IMG/VR virus record: IMGVR_UViG_3300009034_000039 | Location: 1-59,413 of that record | Source: a virus | Lineage: Duplodnaviria; Caudoviricetes | DNA: 59,413 bases | Direction: 5' to 3' (one strand) | Shown: one piece after another, positions 56,475-59,413 of the stretch | How positions within the stretch are numbered: the first letter of the stretch is position 1 | How the letters are laid out: each line of letters starts with the position of its first letter | Notes under the pieces: generated by a model | Databases searched by the model: none | Told to the model about the DNA's origin: nothing | Seen by the model: only the letters and a program-made list of their open reading frames with translations | Translations under genes and position numbers: made by a program

Positions 56475-58328
56475 ATGGCAATCGCAAAACCGATTAGTCG
56501 AGCACCATGCCCGATATTTGCGGGTAGAGGACTCGAGAAGAATGGATTTACACTCGCACTAAATAAGAAGACTTACTTAACTAGTGATCAGACTAATATT
56601 GATTCAGAACGAGGATTACTTTCAGTCTTTAACTACGATCTAGCAGAAGCAGTCTATAATGATGCAGACGATAGAGTAGGATTCCTAGTCTACATCAAAG
56701 CAGGCGCTTACGCTAATACTATAGTGACAGCTAAGACTATGCACGCTTTAGATGTATTAATGGAATGTGATTATGAGTACACTCCAACAAATGATGACCG
56801 AAATGCTTACTGTAGGGGAGCAAGACTACAAGCCTATGGTAAGAAGAACATGGACGGCGGAATTATGGGAGCATACATTAATGCTCAGGTACAAGGCGGA
56901 TACACTTACACTGGTACTACTTCTGTAGGTACCTTTGCTGGTGCTATAGGAGCAGAAATTAGAACTGAAGCGATGGGACCAGGAACTACAGCAGTCTGTA
57001 AATTTGTATCTCTGTTACTGTGGGGTAGGTATATGGCAGCCGTTACTGGAGCCGTTACCATGCTACAGATTGAACCACCTTGGAGATACGCTACTATAAG
57101 CGGTAATCTTATAGGTATAGAATTTACTAAAGGCTACAAGTATACTGCAGCTAGCGAACCAGACTTTGACATAGGTATAGATCTTGGCGATCACTGCACG
57201 ACTGGTATAGATATAGGAACATGTACTACAGGTATTAGCTTTACTGGTACCGTTACTGATGGTATCAAATTTGAGACAGGAGCAACAGTTACTACAGCTA
57301 TTAACGTAGCGGATGCTTGTAGCACAGCAGCTATTACGATCTCAGGCGATACACCTATAGCTCTAAATATAACTAGTGGCGTATCAGCCGCTACAGCAGC
57401 TATACAAGTTGCAGGAATAAATGCTATAGCACTTAATATTACAGGAGCTAACACTACAGCAGCTATAGAGATCTCGTCAGGAACTACTATAGGACTACAC
57501 ATTAAGACGACTGTTCAGGCAGACGGTATACTTATAGCTAGTGCATGTACAGATGGTATACATATCTCAGGAGCATGTGCAACAAATGCTATAAACATAT
57601 CTGCTACTACTACCATAGGTATAGCTATATCAAGTGCGGCTGCAGATGCAATCAAGATATCTGGAGACGGCACAGATGCTATAGAAATCTCTGGTAACAA
57701 TACTTACGGTATTAATATCAGTGACAGCCAGACAGCAGGATTCTACTATGTCTCTAACATGGCAGTATCTGAAGGAGCATGGGTACACGGACTTAAGATA
57801 GAATTAACTAGGAGTGCTGATGCAGAAATAGCCTCAGGAGCATTCTACGGTGCTCAGATTGTAATCAATAAAGGAGCACAAGCTACTACTTTGGCACCTA
57901 ATATATACGGCTTACAAGTCGTAGTAAAGGGAGCAGCTACTGGTGGTAACTGTTATGGCTTCCAAGTTGAAACACAGTCTTCAGGTGAAGTAGATTACTT
58001 AGCTCACGTGCGTCTGAATACTGGTACTACATTAGCATCTGGTGGTGCTATGTTGTATTTACAGACGTACGTTACTACAGCAAAGGCTCTAAAGATAGAG
58101 GTACTTGCAGCTGTGACTATGACTTCTTCTATATCTATAGAAGATAATGCTGGAACAGGGACTATAACTAATCTGATAAGTGTTGATTGTGAAAATACTA
58201 CGTACTTCTTAGCAGATGCTGCTGGTGATGCAGGATTCTTGGCTGGAGTAACTACACACGATACCGAGTCTGACGAAATAGCTTGTAATATAGGCGGTAC
58301 AGTTAAGTATATAAAACTGTATACTTAG
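56475..58328 (+). CDS. Beta-helix-like repetitive virion fibre/spike protein
   Basis: About 11-aa GIxIxG/AIxIS repeats; C-terminal IGGTVKYIKLY. Confidence 0.65.
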   Translation: MAIAKPISRAPCPIFAGRGLEKNGFTLALNKKTYLTSDQTNIDSERGLLSVFNYDLAEAVYNDADDRVGFLVYIKAGAYANTIVTAKTMHALDVLMECDYEYTPTNDDRNAYCRGARLQAYGKKNMDGGIMGAYINAQVQGGYTYTGTTSVGTFAGAIGAEIRTEAMGPGTTAVCKFVSLLLWGRYMAAVTGAVTMLQIEPPWRYATISGNLIGIEFTKGYKYTAASEPDFDIGIDLGDHCTTGIDIGTCTTGISFTGTVTDGIKFETGATVTTAINVADACSTAAITISGDTPIALNITSGVSAATAAIQVAGINAIALNITGANTTAAIEISSGTTIGLHIKTTVQADGILIASACTDGIHISGACATNAINISATTTIGIAISSAAADAIKISGDGTDAIEISGNNTYGINISDSQTAGFYYVSNMAVSEGAWVHGLKIELTRSADAEIASGAFYGAQIVINKGAQATTLAPNIYGLQVVVKGAATGGNCYGFQVETQSSGEVDYLAHVRLNTGTTLASGGAMLYLQTYVTTAKALKIEVLAAVTMTSSISIEDNAGTGTITNLISVDCENTTYFLADAAGDAGFLAGVTTHDTESDEIACNIGGTVKYIKLYT

Positions 58329-58449
58329 ATAGCTAGATAAATATCTATTAGGTTGGTAAACCTTTTTCAAGATTCCAACTCCGTAAGGAGCATAGGCAAG
58401 TAAAGTATAAATATACTGATAACAACTAGTAAGATAGTAGGAGATTAAA

Positions 58450-58803
58450 ATGAGAAAGATAAATCTCAAAAACTACACAGTCGAAGGGTATGACCGTGAG
58501 AACGATAAGCTAATACAAGTCCCATACGATGTCAAAAAGTCTATTGTAAACATCTTACTAGTAACTGGAGAAATAACTAAGCAACGACTAGACAAAGCTA
58601 GTCTACTTCGGAATAACTTGATCGCTCAAAAGATATTGAGTGCTAAAGACTTCGTGCTTATAGAGGAATCAGAGTTTAGAATCATTGATCAGGCCTTTAA
58701 CTCGTTCCAAGGGTTCGGCAAGAATGAAGTAGAACTGTGCAAGAGGATAGACGAAGCTGAGACTGTAGAAGTCAAAGAGAGTAAGAAAAGTAAAGATAAG
58801 TAA
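58450..58803 (+). CDS. Hypothetical protein (possible fibre chaperone)
   Basis: GGAG SD; follows the fibre gene. Confidence 0.6.
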   Translation: MRKINLKNYTVEGYDRENDKLIQVPYDVKKSIVNILLVTGEITKQRLDKASLLRNNLIAQKILSAKDFVLIEESEFRIIDQAFNSFQGFGKNEVELCKRIDEAETVEVKESKKSKDK

Positions 58804-58867
58804 CAAGGATAGAAGTATCCTGTCACCTCTCTAAGGAGAGTTTACGATCAAAAGGAGGAGATGAAAG

Positions 58868-59134
58868 ACGACTCTAACTATAACGCACCTGAGGACTGTA
58901 GTAGTTGGTCCTCTGAAAGTAGTGTTCTTTTCAGTAGTAGATAGCGACGGTACTGGTGGAGATGTAGAGCTAAGTGGCCATTTAAGACACATATACTGGG
59001 CTTGTGGTAATAGCATCACTCATAATGCTGTTGTATCTGCTAAGCGGAGTAGTGGGATAGACGACGAGACTATTACTCTAGGCAGTGAAGCTACAGCTGG
59101 AGACACTATTGAATTAATAGTATTTGGAAAATAA
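58868..59134 (+). CDS. Probable small virion protein, likely ACG start
   Basis: Frame open from 58865; AGGAGG at 58853-58858; reads (M)TLTITHLRTVVVGPLKVV... Confidence 0.6.
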   Translation, partial: TTLTITHLRTVVVGPLKVVFFSVVDSDGTGGDVELSGHLRHIYWACGNSITHNAVVSAKRSSGIDDETITLGSEATAGDTIELIVFGK

Positions 59135-59330
59135 AAGAAAAATAAAGAGGAAGATGGGAAGTATGAAGTCTCTGCATAAGTTAATACTCGGTCTATTCAC
59201 TATAGGCTGTATAACTGTGTTAGAAGCGGTAAATATTATCTACTTAGGTGTAGATGGTAGCGTTCTAACAGGAGTTGTAGCGTCTATAGCAGGAATAGTC
59301 GGAATAGTTATAGGAAAGAAAAGTAAATAG
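59124..59330 (+). CDS. Two-TM membrane protein
   Basis: Hydrophobic hairpin with basic ends. Confidence 0.6.
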   Translation: MENKRKIKRKMGSMKSLHKLILGLFTIGCITVLEAVNIIYLGVDGSVLTGVVASIAGIVGIVIGKKSK

Positions 59331-59342
59331 GGAGATAGATAA

Positions 59343-59413
59343 GGCGACTGGTAAGAAGACTAAGGTGTTTGATGTTGAGATGGCGACTGGTAAGAAGACT
59401 AAGGTGTTTGATG
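59343..59413. repeat. Terminal direct repeat (right copy)
   Basis: Identical to 1-71. Confidence 0.97.

Noticed and set aside
56239-56475. Stop-codon readthrough from capsid into the fibre gene
   Set aside because: TAG TAG is followed by an in-frame TAA two codons later, and the fibre gene is in another frame
1939-58328. Diversity-generating retroelement acting on lectin or fibre genes
   Set aside because: No reverse transcriptase and no near-identical template/variable repeat pair seen
305-59019. Most minus-strand and nested ORFs in the track (for example 305-520, 19175-19447, 33824-34180, 54598-54963, 57191-57502)
   Set aside because: They are antisense shadows of well-supported + strand genes and show no motifs
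1-59413. Stop-codon reassignment
   Set aside because: Conserved genes are full length in the standard code and all three stops are used at gene ends

Overview
The window looks like a complete, circularly assembled genome (71-nt terminal overlap, about 59.3 kb unique) of a head-tail (Caudoviricetes, HK97-fold) archaeal virus. Evidence for an archaeal host: BRE/TATA promoters, GGAGG/AGGTG ribosome-binding sites, RadA, XPF/ERCC4 nuclease, family B polymerase, a Topo VI-A/Spo11-like protein and an eS30-like ribosomal protein. The eS30 homolog points to a TACK or Asgard host; Bathyarchaeia is plausible but unproven. Almost all genes are on the + strand. Modules in order: neck and tail with a -1 frameshifted chaperone and a very short tape measure (0-8.8 kb); small accessory genes; recombination and replication (12.6-21 kb); many small Zn-finger genes plus eS30 (21-27 kb); a largely non-coding hub with two promoter-driven, highly base-paired RNA candidates (27.5-28.9 kb); Topo VI-A-like and trypsin-like protease genes; a nucleotide-modification cluster whose thymidylate-synthase homolog has the dCMP-specific Asp (34.7-39.3 kb); terminase and portal; a split MuF region with multi-domain enzymes sharing a WxTxxG motif with the prohead protease; and protease, scaffold, capsid and fibre genes. 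All family calls come from motif recognition by eye. No database search or folding program was run.
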